A stretch of 36,933 nucleotides of DNA from an uncultured Chloroflexota bacterium (GTDB taxonomy: Bacteria > Chloroflexota > Limnocylindria > Limnocylindrales > Limnocylindraceae). The stretch spans positions 1 through 36,933 of the forward strand of contig CAJARA010000032.1 in assembly GCA_903944295.1 (NCBI GenBank), given 5' to 3'. A program made the translations under genes and the position numbers. This document shows positions 26,076-34,497 of this stretch, piece after piece; positions within the stretch are counted from its first letter, which is position 1, and each line of letters starts with the position of its first letter. The notes under the pieces were generated by a model that saw only the letters and a program-made list of their open reading frames with translations, made no database searches and was not told the DNA's origin.

Positions 26076-27617
26076 GTGAAGATCAACGAGACTCGCACCC
26101 AGCGCCGTAACTGGCGCTGGGTTGCGCTCACCCTCCTCGTCACCTCAACGCTCCTCGCCGCATGCGGCGGTGAGACTGTCGTCTCACCGACTCCGTCGGC
26201 GAGCGCCACAGTCACTGGCTCTATTGAGTGGCAGAGTTGCAAGGATGATCCGATCGTGGGGAACCACCCGGAGATCCGTTGCGCCTCTATTACCGTCCCG
26301 CTCGACTACGCCAACCCGAGTGGACCAACAACAGAGATTGCCCTCGCCATCCTCCCCGCCGCGGATCAGGAGAGCCGCGTTGGTCCTCTGCTTCTGAACT
26401 TCGGCGGACCAGGCTCCTCCGGTATTGACATCCTCGCGGATAACGGGCGCGCAATCGTCCCAGCCGAGATTGGGAATCGCTTTGACCTTGTCACCTGGGA
26501 TCCCCGCGGCGTGCAGCGCAGCCTCCCCGTGGAGTGCCTCACCGACGAAGAGCTGGACACCTGGATTTCGCAGCCCGGCATTGCAGAGAAGCCAACCGCT
26601 ACAGACTGGAACAGCGCGCTCAAGGATGCGCAGTGGTTCGCTGACAAGTGTGAAGCTGGCTCTGGCGACGTGCTCCCCTACATCGGGACGACCGCCTCCG
26701 CTCGCGACATGGAGTCGATCCGCGCCGCGATGGGCGTTGAGACGCTCGACTACCTCGGCTACAGCTACGGCACCTCGCTCGGCGCGGTATACGCCACGCT
26801 CTATCCAAACTCTGTTGGCCATCTGATCCTTGATGGCGCTGTGGACCCTTCGCCTGACGATGACTCTGAGTACGGTGAGCAGGGGGTCTCAATCCAAGGG
26901 GCGCTCGATCGCGTCATGGCCTGGTGCGACGCTGACAGCGACTGCCCGTTCGGCAACGGTGCAACGCGCAAGTCAATGGACAAGCTCTTCGCGCAACTCG
27001 ATGAGAAGCCAGTTGCGATCGATGATGGGCGCTCGGTCAACTCCGTCTTCGCCTGGACCGGCATCATCCTGACGCTCTACAACCGCGACTACTGGGACTA
27101 TGCCGTTCAGGCGCTCGATGAGCTCTCTCAGGGCGACGGTGAGCTGATCGCCCTCCTTGCAGATGCCTACACCGATCGCACGGCGAGCGGCTTCCGCTCC
27201 AACAACATGGAGGCCTTCCCCGCCATCAACTGCACCGATCACCCTTCGAGCACCTCGATTGCGAAGTACCGCGCCATCTACGAGCGCTTCAAGGATCGGG
27301 CCCCAGACTTCGCCTCCGGTCAGGCGGCGAGCGGGCTCCTCTGCGGCGTCTGGCCGAACGTCAACGTTGACCCACTCCCAGCACTCGTCAACGGTGCTGG
27401 CGCGCCACCGATCATGGTGGTTGGCACCACTGGTGACCCAGCCACGCCATACAAGTGGAGCGAAGAGATGGCGAGCGCCCTTGAGAGCGGCTTCCTCCTC
27501 ACCTACGATGGCGAGGGACATACCGCAGTTGGCGGGAAGAGCGAGTGCATTGATAGTGCAGCGATCGCCTTCCTGATTGACGGAACACTCCCGGCCGAAG
27601 GAACGCGCTGCGAGTGA
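26076..27617 (+). CDS. Lipoprotein alpha/beta-hydrolase, S33 tripeptidyl/prolyl aminopeptidase (TAP) family
   Basis: Lipobox LLAAC/GG follows a signal segment. The nucleophile elbow is GYSYGTSLG, and a TAP-like C-terminal region (GDPATPY) is present. The GTG start lies 6 nt after the nrdJ stop. Confidence 0.85.
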   Translation: MKINETRTQRRNWRWVALTLLVTSTLLAACGGETVVSPTPSASATVTGSIEWQSCKDDPIVGNHPEIRCASITVPLDYANPSGPTTEIALAILPAADQESRVGPLLLNFGGPGSSGIDILADNGRAIVPAEIGNRFDLVTWDPRGVQRSLPVECLTDEELDTWISQPGIAEKPTATDWNSALKDAQWFADKCEAGSGDVLPYIGTTASARDMESIRAAMGVETLDYLGYSYGTSLGAVYATLYPNSVGHLILDGAVDPSPDDDSEYGEQGVSIQGALDRVMAWCDADSDCPFGNGATRKSMDKLFAQLDEKPVAIDDGRSVNSVFAWTGIILTLYNRDYWDYAVQALDELSQGDGELIALLADAYTDRTASGFRSNNMEAFPAINCTDHPSSTSIAKYRAIYERFKDRAPDFASGQAASGLLCGVWPNVNVDPLPALVNGAGAPPIMVVGTTGDPATPYKWSEEMASALESGFLLTYDGEGHTAVGGKSECIDSAAIAFLIDGTLPAEGTRCE

Positions 27618-28243
27618 ACGCCAGCGCGAAGGCTGGCGTCCCGATTGTTGGCGTCTATGGATCAGCGCGTCTCCCTGAGACGAACGAGCACTACCAGTAC
27701 GCCGTTGAAGTAGGGCGCGCACTCGCCAGCGAGGGATTCACGGTGGCAACTGGCGGATACGCTGGCGTGATGGAGGCGGTCTCCAAGGGCGCTCGCGAAG
27801 TGGGTGGTGAGGTGATCGGCTACACCGTCACCTCATGGGATGGCCTCCCTGCAAATCGCTACGTCACCGAACAGCGCGACAGCACCGATCTCTTTGACCG
27901 ACTACGCAAGTTCTCCGAAGTTGATCTGCTGATTGCCCTTGACGGCGGTCTCGGCACGCTCGCCGAAGTTGCCGTCTCGTGGAACCTGCTACAGGTTGGG
28001 AGTGATGCTCGACCGCTCCTCCTTGTTGGCGAGCAGTGGCAGGCGCTGCACAACTTTGTACGCGAGAAGCTGATCGTTGGCGAAGCAGATCTCAACGTCG
28101 TTCGGCTCCTCCCGGAGGGGAGCACGTCGTCACTCGTTGCCGCAACCGCGTGTGAACTTGTGGGGCAGCGACTCGGGCTCGGCGGCCCGTGGGAGTCGCA
28201 GCAGCGCCCAACAACAGGCGCCACAGCCCCTACTTCGCGATAG
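27614..28243 (+). CDS. LOG-family (TIGR00725/lysine-decarboxylase-like) nucleotide-binding protein
   Basis: Motifs present are VGVYGSAR..., TGGYAGVMEAVSKGA, and LDGGLGTLAEV (PGGxGTxxE-like). It overlaps the upstream stop by GTGA. Confidence 0.75.
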   Translation: MNASAKAGVPIVGVYGSARLPETNEHYQYAVEVGRALASEGFTVATGGYAGVMEAVSKGAREVGGEVIGYTVTSWDGLPANRYVTEQRDSTDLFDRLRKFSEVDLLIALDGGLGTLAEVAVSWNLLQVGSDARPLLLVGEQWQALHNFVREKLIVGEADLNVVRLLPEGSTSSLVAATACELVGQRLGLGGPWESQQRPTTGATAPTSR

Positions 28244-28252
28244 GATCTGCGC

Positions 28253-28483
28253 ATGTCAACTGACCTACAACATGCAGCCCCCGCCGCCCTAGAGGCCACC
28301 ACTCTCCCCGCTAGTGGGGCCGCCGCCAGTGCCGCCACAAACGACTCAGCCAACGCGGACTTCAGTGAGGATCCTGGTCTGGTGATGACGAGCTGCGCCA
28401 ACTGCGGCGCGCAGATGCTCGACCGAAAGTGCAAGTTGATCTGCAGTTGCGGTTACTTCCTCTCCTGCTCGGATTACTACTAA
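28253..28483 (+). CDS. Small Cys-rich (six Cys) zinc-ribbon-like protein; the real product may be only the C-terminal 32 aa from ATG 28385
   Basis: The C-terminal core is MTSCANCGAQMLDRKCKLICSCGYFLSCSDYY. The N-terminal 44 aa are low-complexity Ala-rich. It ends 10 nt before thyX on the same strand. Confidence 0.5.
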   Translation: MSTDLQHAAPAALEATTLPASGAAASAATNDSANADFSEDPGLVMTSCANCGAQMLDRKCKLICSCGYFLSCSDYY

Positions 28484-28493
28484 GGGTATAGAG

Positions 28494-29333
28494 ATGAGAG
28501 AGAAGAGCGGCATCCCAAAGAACCCAGGGCGGCACGAACTTGGCATGAAGGCCACGATGCTCTTCCCAGACCGAGACATCGTAGAGAAGTCGTATGTGCC
28601 GATCATCTACACGGCCTGCCGCACCTGCTATTCAGAACTTCCGCCAGAAGAGATCTACCGCCGCGCCGTTGCTGGCGAGATCGATCCCACCAAGCAGCGC
28701 GAGCTGGTGAACCGCGTCATTGAGTCTGGCCACGGCAGCACCATTGAGCACATCGTCTTCACCTTCGCTATCACCGGTGTCACTCGAACGCTCAGCCACC
28801 AGCTGGTGCGCCATCGGGCCGGTGTGGCGTTCGATCAGCAGTCACAGCGCTATGTCACCTTCAAGAAGGCGGCCACGATGCTGCCGAGCTCCATCGCAGA
28901 GGCTGATGAGACGGTCCGGGCGCGATTTGAAGAGGCGACGCAGGGGGCGCTTGGGCTCTACGGCGACCTGGTAGAGGCGGGGATCCCAGCAGAGGATGCG
29001 CGCTTCGTCTTCCCGAACGCGACGCGTACGAATCTGATCATGACGGTGAACCTACGCGCCCTCATCCACATGTCGGGCCTCCGCCTCTGCACGATGGCGC
29101 AGTGGGAGATCCGTCGACTCTTCCAGCTGATCCGGCACGAGGTCTTTGCGGTGAGCCCCTTCCTCGGCAGCTTCCTCGCTCCAAAGTGCATCCCGCTCGG
29201 CTACTGCGACGAGGCCGGCAACAAGGATGGCCACTGCCCGATCCGACCACACAAGGACCAGGTGCTCGGCGCCTGGGCCGAGCGTGCCGCCGCCGCAAAG
29301 GCGAACGGCCGCGCCCTCCCGATCGCGGAGTAG
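28494..29333 (+). CDS. thyX: Flavin-dependent thymidylate synthase ThyX
   Basis: ThyX signature RHRxxxxxxQSQRY (SHQLVRHRAGVAFDQQSQRYV) plus the GHGSTIEH segment. The alternative start MKATMLF at 28545 is possible. An unusual C-terminal extension carries 3 Cys and His. Confidence 0.92.
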   Translation: MREKSGIPKNPGRHELGMKATMLFPDRDIVEKSYVPIIYTACRTCYSELPPEEIYRRAVAGEIDPTKQRELVNRVIESGHGSTIEHIVFTFAITGVTRTLSHQLVRHRAGVAFDQQSQRYVTFKKAATMLPSSIAEADETVRARFEEATQGALGLYGDLVEAGIPAEDARFVFPNATRTNLIMTVNLRALIHMSGLRLCTMAQWEIRRLFQLIRHEVFAVSPFLGSFLAPKCIPLGYCDEAGNKDGHCPIRPHKDQVLGAWAERAAAAKANGRALPIAE

Positions 29334-29776
29334 CGCGCGCAGCGCTTCGGCACGCCAAAGGGCGAACAAGGTCCAAGGAAGAGTTGCACCCGAAGTGACC
29401 GATCCGATGTCGGGGGCGACGCTTGCACGCCGGTTCCCTTCCGCTGTGGGATCGGATCGAGTCACTCAAGCCGAATGGCCGAGTTCCCTGGCGACCCTCC
29501 GCTCCAACTGCACAAGTAGCCTTATGCGTTGGTGGTCCTTCACCAGCTCTGATCGTTGCCGATCAGTTCGATCCCGTCATCACCGCAGTCCGTTCCGCCT
29601 GGCCGATTGCTCGGTCGGCGGTTTCACCGCTGGCCTCTTCGGGCTGAACGAAGCATCGCAGCCGCACGCGTACGGGTGAAGGGAGTTATCCACCAACTTA
29701 CCGCTCTGTTACGAGGACTTCTCCACGCGAGTGGCGAGGCGAGCGCAGATTGTGGAAAACTCGTCGTGCGCGCTGA

Positions 29777-30841
29777 TTAACCGCCGACGCGGAACATCTC
29801 CACCTTCGGCAGGCGGCTCGCCGTCTCCGCGTCGCGGATCTCTGAATATCGATCATCACGCGCCGACCAGCGGGCGTGGAGCGCATCGTGCAACGCCGCC
29901 GCGTCAGGGTCTGGTCGCAGATATCGCTTCAGGTCGCTCCCCTCTGATGCGAAGAGGCAGGTGTAGAGGTGCCCATCAGCGCTCACACGAGCGCGCGTGC
30001 AGTCGCCGCAGAACGGTGCGCTGACCGACGCGATCAGCCCAATCTCCCCTCCCCCGTCCAGATAGCGATAGCGATTCGCCACCTCACCAGGACGCGATGG
30101 CGCCAACGGCTCCAGCGGATGGAGTGCGTGGAGCTGCGCCAGGATCTCACTCGCCGGCACCACCTCATCCAAGCGCCAGCCGTTCGCTGTCCCAACGTCC
30201 ATGTACTCAATCAGGCGAAGGGTGTGGCCCCCTTCGCGCGCGAACGCCGCAAGCGCCGGCACATCTACATCATTGACGCCGCGGCGGACTACCGCGTTCA
30301 GTTTGATGTTAGTGAATCCAGCAGTGGTTGCCGCAGCGATTCCTTCCAAGACGCACTCAAGGGGAAGTGCGCTCCCTGACATCCGCATGAACGTTGCGGG
30401 GTTCAGCGAGTCGAGCGAGACGGTGATCCGGTTCAACCCCGCGGCGCGGAGCGGTGCGGCGAGCTTGGCGAGCAGCGAGCCATTCGTTGTCAGCGCAAGG
30501 TCGAGTGGCTCACCGCCAAGCGCTCCGCTGGAATCGAGCGCGCGCAGCAGCGCAACAAGTTGCTCCACATCACGGCGAACGAGTGGTTCGCCGCCCGTGA
30601 TCCTCAGTGTCCGCGCGCCGAGCGCCACCAGCTCGCGCGCCACCAGGGCAAGCTCTTCAAAAGTGAGCAGCTCTGCGCGCGGGAGGAAGGCGAAGTCGGG
30701 GCCGAAGATCTCCGCTGGCATGCAGTAGCTGCAGCGGAAGTTGCAGCGATCGGTGACGGAGAGGCGCACGTCACCCAGAGGCCGCCTACGCTGGTCAAGC
30801 AGCGGTACGTTAGCGAGTGGGAGGTTAGAGGCTGATGGCAC
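29777..30841 (-). CDS. moaA: GTP 3',8-cyclase MoaA (radical SAM, molybdenum cofactor biosynthesis)
   Basis: VTDRCNFRCSYCMP (CxxxCxxC), a second cluster region SAPFCGDCTRARVSADG, and the conserved C-terminal Gly-Gly (FRVGG). Confidence 0.93.
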   Translation of the reverse strand: MPSASNLPLANVPLLDQRRRPLGDVRLSVTDRCNFRCSYCMPAEIFGPDFAFLPRAELLTFEELALVARELVALGARTLRITGGEPLVRRDVEQLVALLRALDSSGALGGEPLDLALTTNGSLLAKLAAPLRAAGLNRITVSLDSLNPATFMRMSGSALPLECVLEGIAAATTAGFTNIKLNAVVRRGVNDVDVPALAAFAREGGHTLRLIEYMDVGTANGWRLDEVVPASEILAQLHALHPLEPLAPSRPGEVANRYRYLDGGGEIGLIASVSAPFCGDCTRARVSADGHLYTCLFASEGSDLKRYLRPDPDAAALHDALHARWSARDDRYSEIRDAETASRLPKVEMFRVGG

Positions 30842-30933
30842 ACCACACTTTACCGCGATTCACCTAGGTCTACTTGAACGGATAGCCTTGAATCCTACTG
30901 CCGCCCGTAACGCATGCCCGCTCGAATCAGAGC

Positions 30934-31182
30934 CTATTCCTCGATTTTATCCATGTAGATCCCGCCCATCCCGAACGTGAGCATGCCATGGATCACGAGT
31001 TCCGTATTGTTTTCAACGCCCAGCTTGGCCATGATACGACTCTTATACGTTGAAACGGTCTTTGCGCTGATTGATAGCTCTTTCGCAATATCCGTGAGGT
31101 GTTTCCCTTGAAGGATGAACTCCATGACCTTGCGCTCGGTTGGCGACAAATCCGGAGTCGTAAGATCTCTCTCTTTTTCCAT
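30934..31182 (-). CDS. Stand-alone LuxR/GerE-type HTH transcriptional regulator (82 aa, no receiver or ligand domain)
   Basis: LSPTERKVMEFILQGKHLTDIAKELSISAKTVSTYKSRIMAKLGVENNTELV is a canonical GerE/LuxR C-terminal HTH. The gene lies in a low-GC islet of about 47% GC. Confidence 0.8.
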   Translation of the reverse strand: MEKERDLTTPDLSPTERKVMEFILQGKHLTDIAKELSISAKTVSTYKSRIMAKLGVENNTELVIHGMLTFGMGGIYMDKIEE

Positions 31183-31225
31183 GGGGTAAGCATAGTCTCC
31201 TTAAACGCGGCTTGATTATCATGGC

Positions 31226-31241
31226 GTTAACACGTGATAAC
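31226..31241. promoter_or_regulatory. 16-bp near-perfect palindrome GTTAACACGTGATAAC, candidate operator in the LuxR-solo leader
   Basis: GTTAxCACGTGxTAAC is symmetric around CACGTG. It lies between the predicted -10 and the RBS of the minus-strand LuxR gene. Confidence 0.45.
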
Positions 31242-31250
31242 ATCTCAGAA

Positions 31251-31279
31251 ATTATAGCGCCACGCCCACATTGCTTGAA
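31251..31279 (-). promoter_or_regulatory. Putative sigma-70-type promoter for the LuxR-solo gene
   Basis: On the minus strand: TTCAAG (31279-31274), 17-nt spacer, perfect TATAAT (31256-31251). AAGGAG lies further downstream. Confidence 0.5.
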
Positions 31280-31329
31280 TGCCGAGTGGAGCACTAGGAC
31301 TTACCTTTTATTGAATCAGTGGCGAACAG

Positions 31330-33309
31330 CTACTCCTCGGCGGCACCCGTGTTGCTGCGGATCGTCTCCACCACGTTGCCGTCGGCGAGGGTGGTGACGT
31401 CGCCGAGGGCGCGCCCTTCGGCGATGTCGCGGAGGAGGCGGCGCATGATCTTTCCTGAGCGCGTCTTGGGGAGGTCGGGGACGAAGAGGAGGAACTTCGG
31501 CCGGGCAATGGCGCCGATCTGCTTCGCTACATGGGAGCGGAGCTCGGAGGCGAAGGCCTCGGAGGCCTCGACCCCCTTCTTCAGAATGACAAAGGCGAAG
31601 ATCGCCTGGCCGGTGAGCGGATCGTTCTTGCCGACGACCGCCGCCTCGGCAACGTCGTGATGGTCAACGAGCGCCGACTCCACCTCAATGGTGCTGATGC
31701 GGTGTGCGGAGACGTTCATCACATCGTCCACGCGACCGAGCAGCCAGTAGTAGCCCTCCTCGTCGCGGCGCGCGCCATCACCCGCGAAGTAGGAGCCCGG
31801 GAATCGGCTCCAGTAGGTCTCCTTGAAGCGAGCGGGATCGCCCCAGATCCCGCGCAGCATGGAGGGCCACGGTGTGGTCAGGGTGAGGAAGCCACCTGAG
31901 CCGAGTGGGACGCTTGCACCGCTGGCATCCACTACATCGGCGCCAACGCCCGGCATCGCAAAGGTTGCCGAGCCTGGCTTGGTGGTGGTGACGCCAGGGA
32001 GTGGGCTGATCATGATTGAGCCGGTCTCCGTCTGCCACCAGGTGTCCACCACTGGGGTGCGTCCGCCGCCGATGACGTTGCGATACCAGATCCACGCCTC
32101 TGGGTTGATCGGCTCGCCAACGGAGCCGAGGAGTCGGAGTGAGCTGAGGTCGTGCTTCTTCGGATGCTCCTCGCCTTGGCGCATGAAGGCGCGAATCGCT
32201 GTTGGTGCGCAGTAGAGAATGTTCACCTTCAACTCTTCGATGATCTGCCACCAGCGATCCCATGCTGGCGTGTCTGGCGTCCCTTCGTACATCACCTGCG
32301 TTGCGCCGTTCGCGAGCGGGCCGTAGACGATGTAGGTGTGGCCGGTGATCCAGCCAACATCCGCTGCGCACCAGTAGACATCATCTGGCTTGATGTCAAA
32401 GACGGCGCGATGTGTGAACGATGCGCCGAGCAGATAGCCAGCACTCGTGTGCATGATCCCCTTCGGCTTCGCCGTGGTACCGCTCGTGTAGAGCAAGAAG
32501 AGGAGCTGCTCGGCGGGCATCGGATCGGCGGGGCAGTCGGCCGACTGCGCAGGGACGAGATCCTGCCACCAGTGATCGCGGCCAGACTTCATCGCCGTCT
32601 CGCCCGGCGTCCCTGGCTGGCGGCGGCGATAGACGAGTGACGCGGTGATTGTTGGCGACTTCTCCATCGCCTCGTCGGCGATCGTCTTCAGTTCAAAGAA
32701 GCTCCCCTTCCGGTAGCCACCGTCGGCGGTGATTAGCACCTTTGCCTCAGCGTCGTTGATGCGATCGGCGAGTGCGCTCGCAGGGAAACCAGAGAAGACC
32801 ACGCTGTGCGCCGCACCAAGGCGCGCGCAGGCGAGCATCGCGATCGCCACTTCGGGGACCATCGGCATGTAGATCGCCACGCGATCGCCCTGGCCAACGC
32901 CGAGCGACTTCAGTGCGTTCGCCGCCTGCTGTACCTCGCGGTGCAGGTCGTTGTAGGTGAGGGTGCGGCGGTCGCCCGGCTCACCAACCCAGTGAATGGC
33001 AACCTTCTCGCCGAGCCCCGCCGCCACATGGCGGTCAACGCAGTTCTCGGCAACGTTCAGCGTGCCGTCGGCGAACCACTCGGCGAACGGGAGGTTCCAC
33101 TCCAGCGTCTTGGTGAAGGGGGTGCGCCAGGTGAGGCGCTCACGCGCCTGCTTCGCCCAGAAGGCAACGGGGTCGGCCGCCGCTTCGGCGTAGATCCCAA
33201 CACTGACGTTCGCGTTAGCCGTCGTGGTGGCATCAGGCGGGAAGGAGAGGCCCGCAGCCTGGAAGGTTTCAATCGCGTCCTGTTGCGCGTCGTGCTGATC
33301 GTCAGCCAT
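31330..33309 (-). CDS. acs: Acetyl-CoA synthetase (acetate--CoA ligase)
   Basis: Acs-specific N-terminus (FWAKQARERLTWRTPF...WFADGTLNVAENCVDRH), AMP-binding motif YTSGTTAKPKG, and the C-terminal PKTRSGKIMRRLLRDIA with the acetylatable Lys motif. Confidence 0.95.
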   Translation of the reverse strand: MADDQHDAQQDAIETFQAAGLSFPPDATTTANANVSVGIYAEAAADPVAFWAKQARERLTWRTPFTKTLEWNLPFAEWFADGTLNVAENCVDRHVAAGLGEKVAIHWVGEPGDRRTLTYNDLHREVQQAANALKSLGVGQGDRVAIYMPMVPEVAIAMLACARLGAAHSVVFSGFPASALADRINDAEAKVLITADGGYRKGSFFELKTIADEAMEKSPTITASLVYRRRQPGTPGETAMKSGRDHWWQDLVPAQSADCPADPMPAEQLLFLLYTSGTTAKPKGIMHTSAGYLLGASFTHRAVFDIKPDDVYWCAADVGWITGHTYIVYGPLANGATQVMYEGTPDTPAWDRWWQIIEELKVNILYCAPTAIRAFMRQGEEHPKKHDLSSLRLLGSVGEPINPEAWIWYRNVIGGGRTPVVDTWWQTETGSIMISPLPGVTTTKPGSATFAMPGVGADVVDASGASVPLGSGGFLTLTTPWPSMLRGIWGDPARFKETYWSRFPGSYFAGDGARRDEEGYYWLLGRVDDVMNVSAHRISTIEVESALVDHHDVAEAAVVGKNDPLTGQAIFAFVILKKGVEASEAFASELRSHVAKQIGAIARPKFLLFVPDLPKTRSGKIMRRLLRDIAEGRALGDVTTLADGNVVETIRSNTGAAEE

Positions 33310-33320
33310 GCGCCCCCCAG

Positions 33321-34292
33321 TTAGCTGACGAACTCGTCGTCGCTGACCTCATGCTCCTGCTCGTCGTCGTCCTCATCCTTAAGGACTGGAACGATCCCCG
33401 TCCGGCGCTGTGCGGCGCCGCTCCAGCCGAGCTTGTGGCTGATGCCACGCGCCGCGTCACGCGCTGCGGTGATCAGGTCGGGAAGCTGTGTTGCGTTCAC
33501 GCGCGCCGATGCGCCCCAGACAACGACGGTGGCGATGACCGAGCCGCGCGCGTCGCAGACAGGAACGGCCGCGGCGGAGAGTCGCTCATCCCACTCGCCG
33601 ATCGCAACGGCATAACCGCGACGGCGCACAAGTGCCAACTCTTCAAGGAGTGCGCGGGGGTCGGTGATGGTGCGCGACGTGTACTGCACCAGACCACGTC
33701 GGGCAATGGCGAGCACGGTGCGCTCTGGGAGTGATGCGAGCAGCACCTTGCCGGCGGCGATCGCATGCATTGCAACCGGTCGACCAGTGATATCTGGCAT
33801 CGGTGTCAGGTTCGGTCCATCAATCTGGCAGATGGCAACGGAGGCGCCGACGCCGTCGAAGACTTCAAGGCTGACCGTCTCGTGTGATCGCTTCGCAAGC
33901 TGCTCAAGCTCTGACTGCGCAATGGTGCGCAGGTCAAGGGTGCGCTCTGCCGATTGCGCAAGGCGGATGATGCCAACGCCGAGTCGGAAGTGCCCCGTCT
34001 CGCGATCCTGCTCCACAAGGCCGCGTCGCTCCAGCGTGGAGAGGAGTCGGCTCACGGTGGACTTATGCAGGTCGAGTGCGTGGGAGAGGTCGGTGACGGA
34101 GGCGGCGCCATCGGCGTCGCCGAGGCTGACAAGGAGGGCGGCGGCGCGATCCACTGATCGGACGGCGGCGTCATCGCCGCCAGGGACGAGTGCGGCGCTT
34201 TCGCGGAAGGCGCGATCCGAAGCGGTGCCCGGGTCGAACTCGACCTCAGGGCCGCTCGTGATGATCTCCTCAGCCTTCACGTCCACCTCCAT
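33321..34292 (-). CDS. IclR-family transcriptional regulator with an acidic C-terminal tail
   Basis: The winged HTH is VTDLSHALDLHKSTVSRLLSTLERRGLVEQD, followed by an IclR effector domain. The tail is KDEDDDEQEHEVSDDEFVS. Its stop lies 12 nt before the acs start on the same strand. Confidence 0.85.
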   Translation of the reverse strand: MEVDVKAEEIITSGPEVEFDPGTASDRAFRESAALVPGGDDAAVRSVDRAAALLVSLGDADGAASVTDLSHALDLHKSTVSRLLSTLERRGLVEQDRETGHFRLGVGIIRLAQSAERTLDLRTIAQSELEQLAKRSHETVSLEVFDGVGASVAICQIDGPNLTPMPDITGRPVAMHAIAAGKVLLASLPERTVLAIARRGLVQYTSRTITDPRALLEELALVRRRGYAVAIGEWDERLSAAAVPVCDARGSVIATVVVWGASARVNATQLPDLITAARDAARGISHKLGWSGAAQRRTGIVPVLKDEDDDEQEHEVSDDEFVS

Positions 34293-34357
34293 CTGGGGCC
34301 ACCTGGCCGGTACCTAGGGTCAAACTCTCGGGTCGCAACCGCGGAGGGGGATCATCA

Positions 34358-34400
34358 GCCCCCCAGGGGGGATCCGTCAACACGGACCCCCTGGGGGGTC
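34358..34400. promoter_or_regulatory. Compound G6/C6 palindrome in the iclR/crtI divergent intergenic region (candidate operator or cruciform)
   Basis: CCCCCCAGGGGGGATCCGT (34359-34377), loop CAAC, then ACGGACCCCCTGGGGGG (34382-34398). The arms are inverted repeats of each other and each arm is itself self-complementary. Confidence 0.45.
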
Positions 34401-34497
34401 CGCCCCGCCCCTGAGGCACCCCTCCCCCCTGCGGCGCGTACGATGGGCGGGACGGCGCCCAGGGAGCTGGCGCACGAGGGAGAGCATAGGAGGGCGC

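Noticed and set aside
29423-29780. 74-aa plus-strand ORFs (29423-29647 and 29556-29780) in the thyX-moaA spacer.
   Set aside because: They have no RBS, no recognisable motifs and low-complexity Ser/Pro/Ala composition. The region is better described as non-coding and structured.
30842-30933. Possible Moco riboswitch upstream of moaA.
   Set aside because: The spacer is only 92 nt. I could not find the conserved Moco-motif elements I remember, such as a CCUCCGAG-like segment. This could still be tested with Rfam RF01055.
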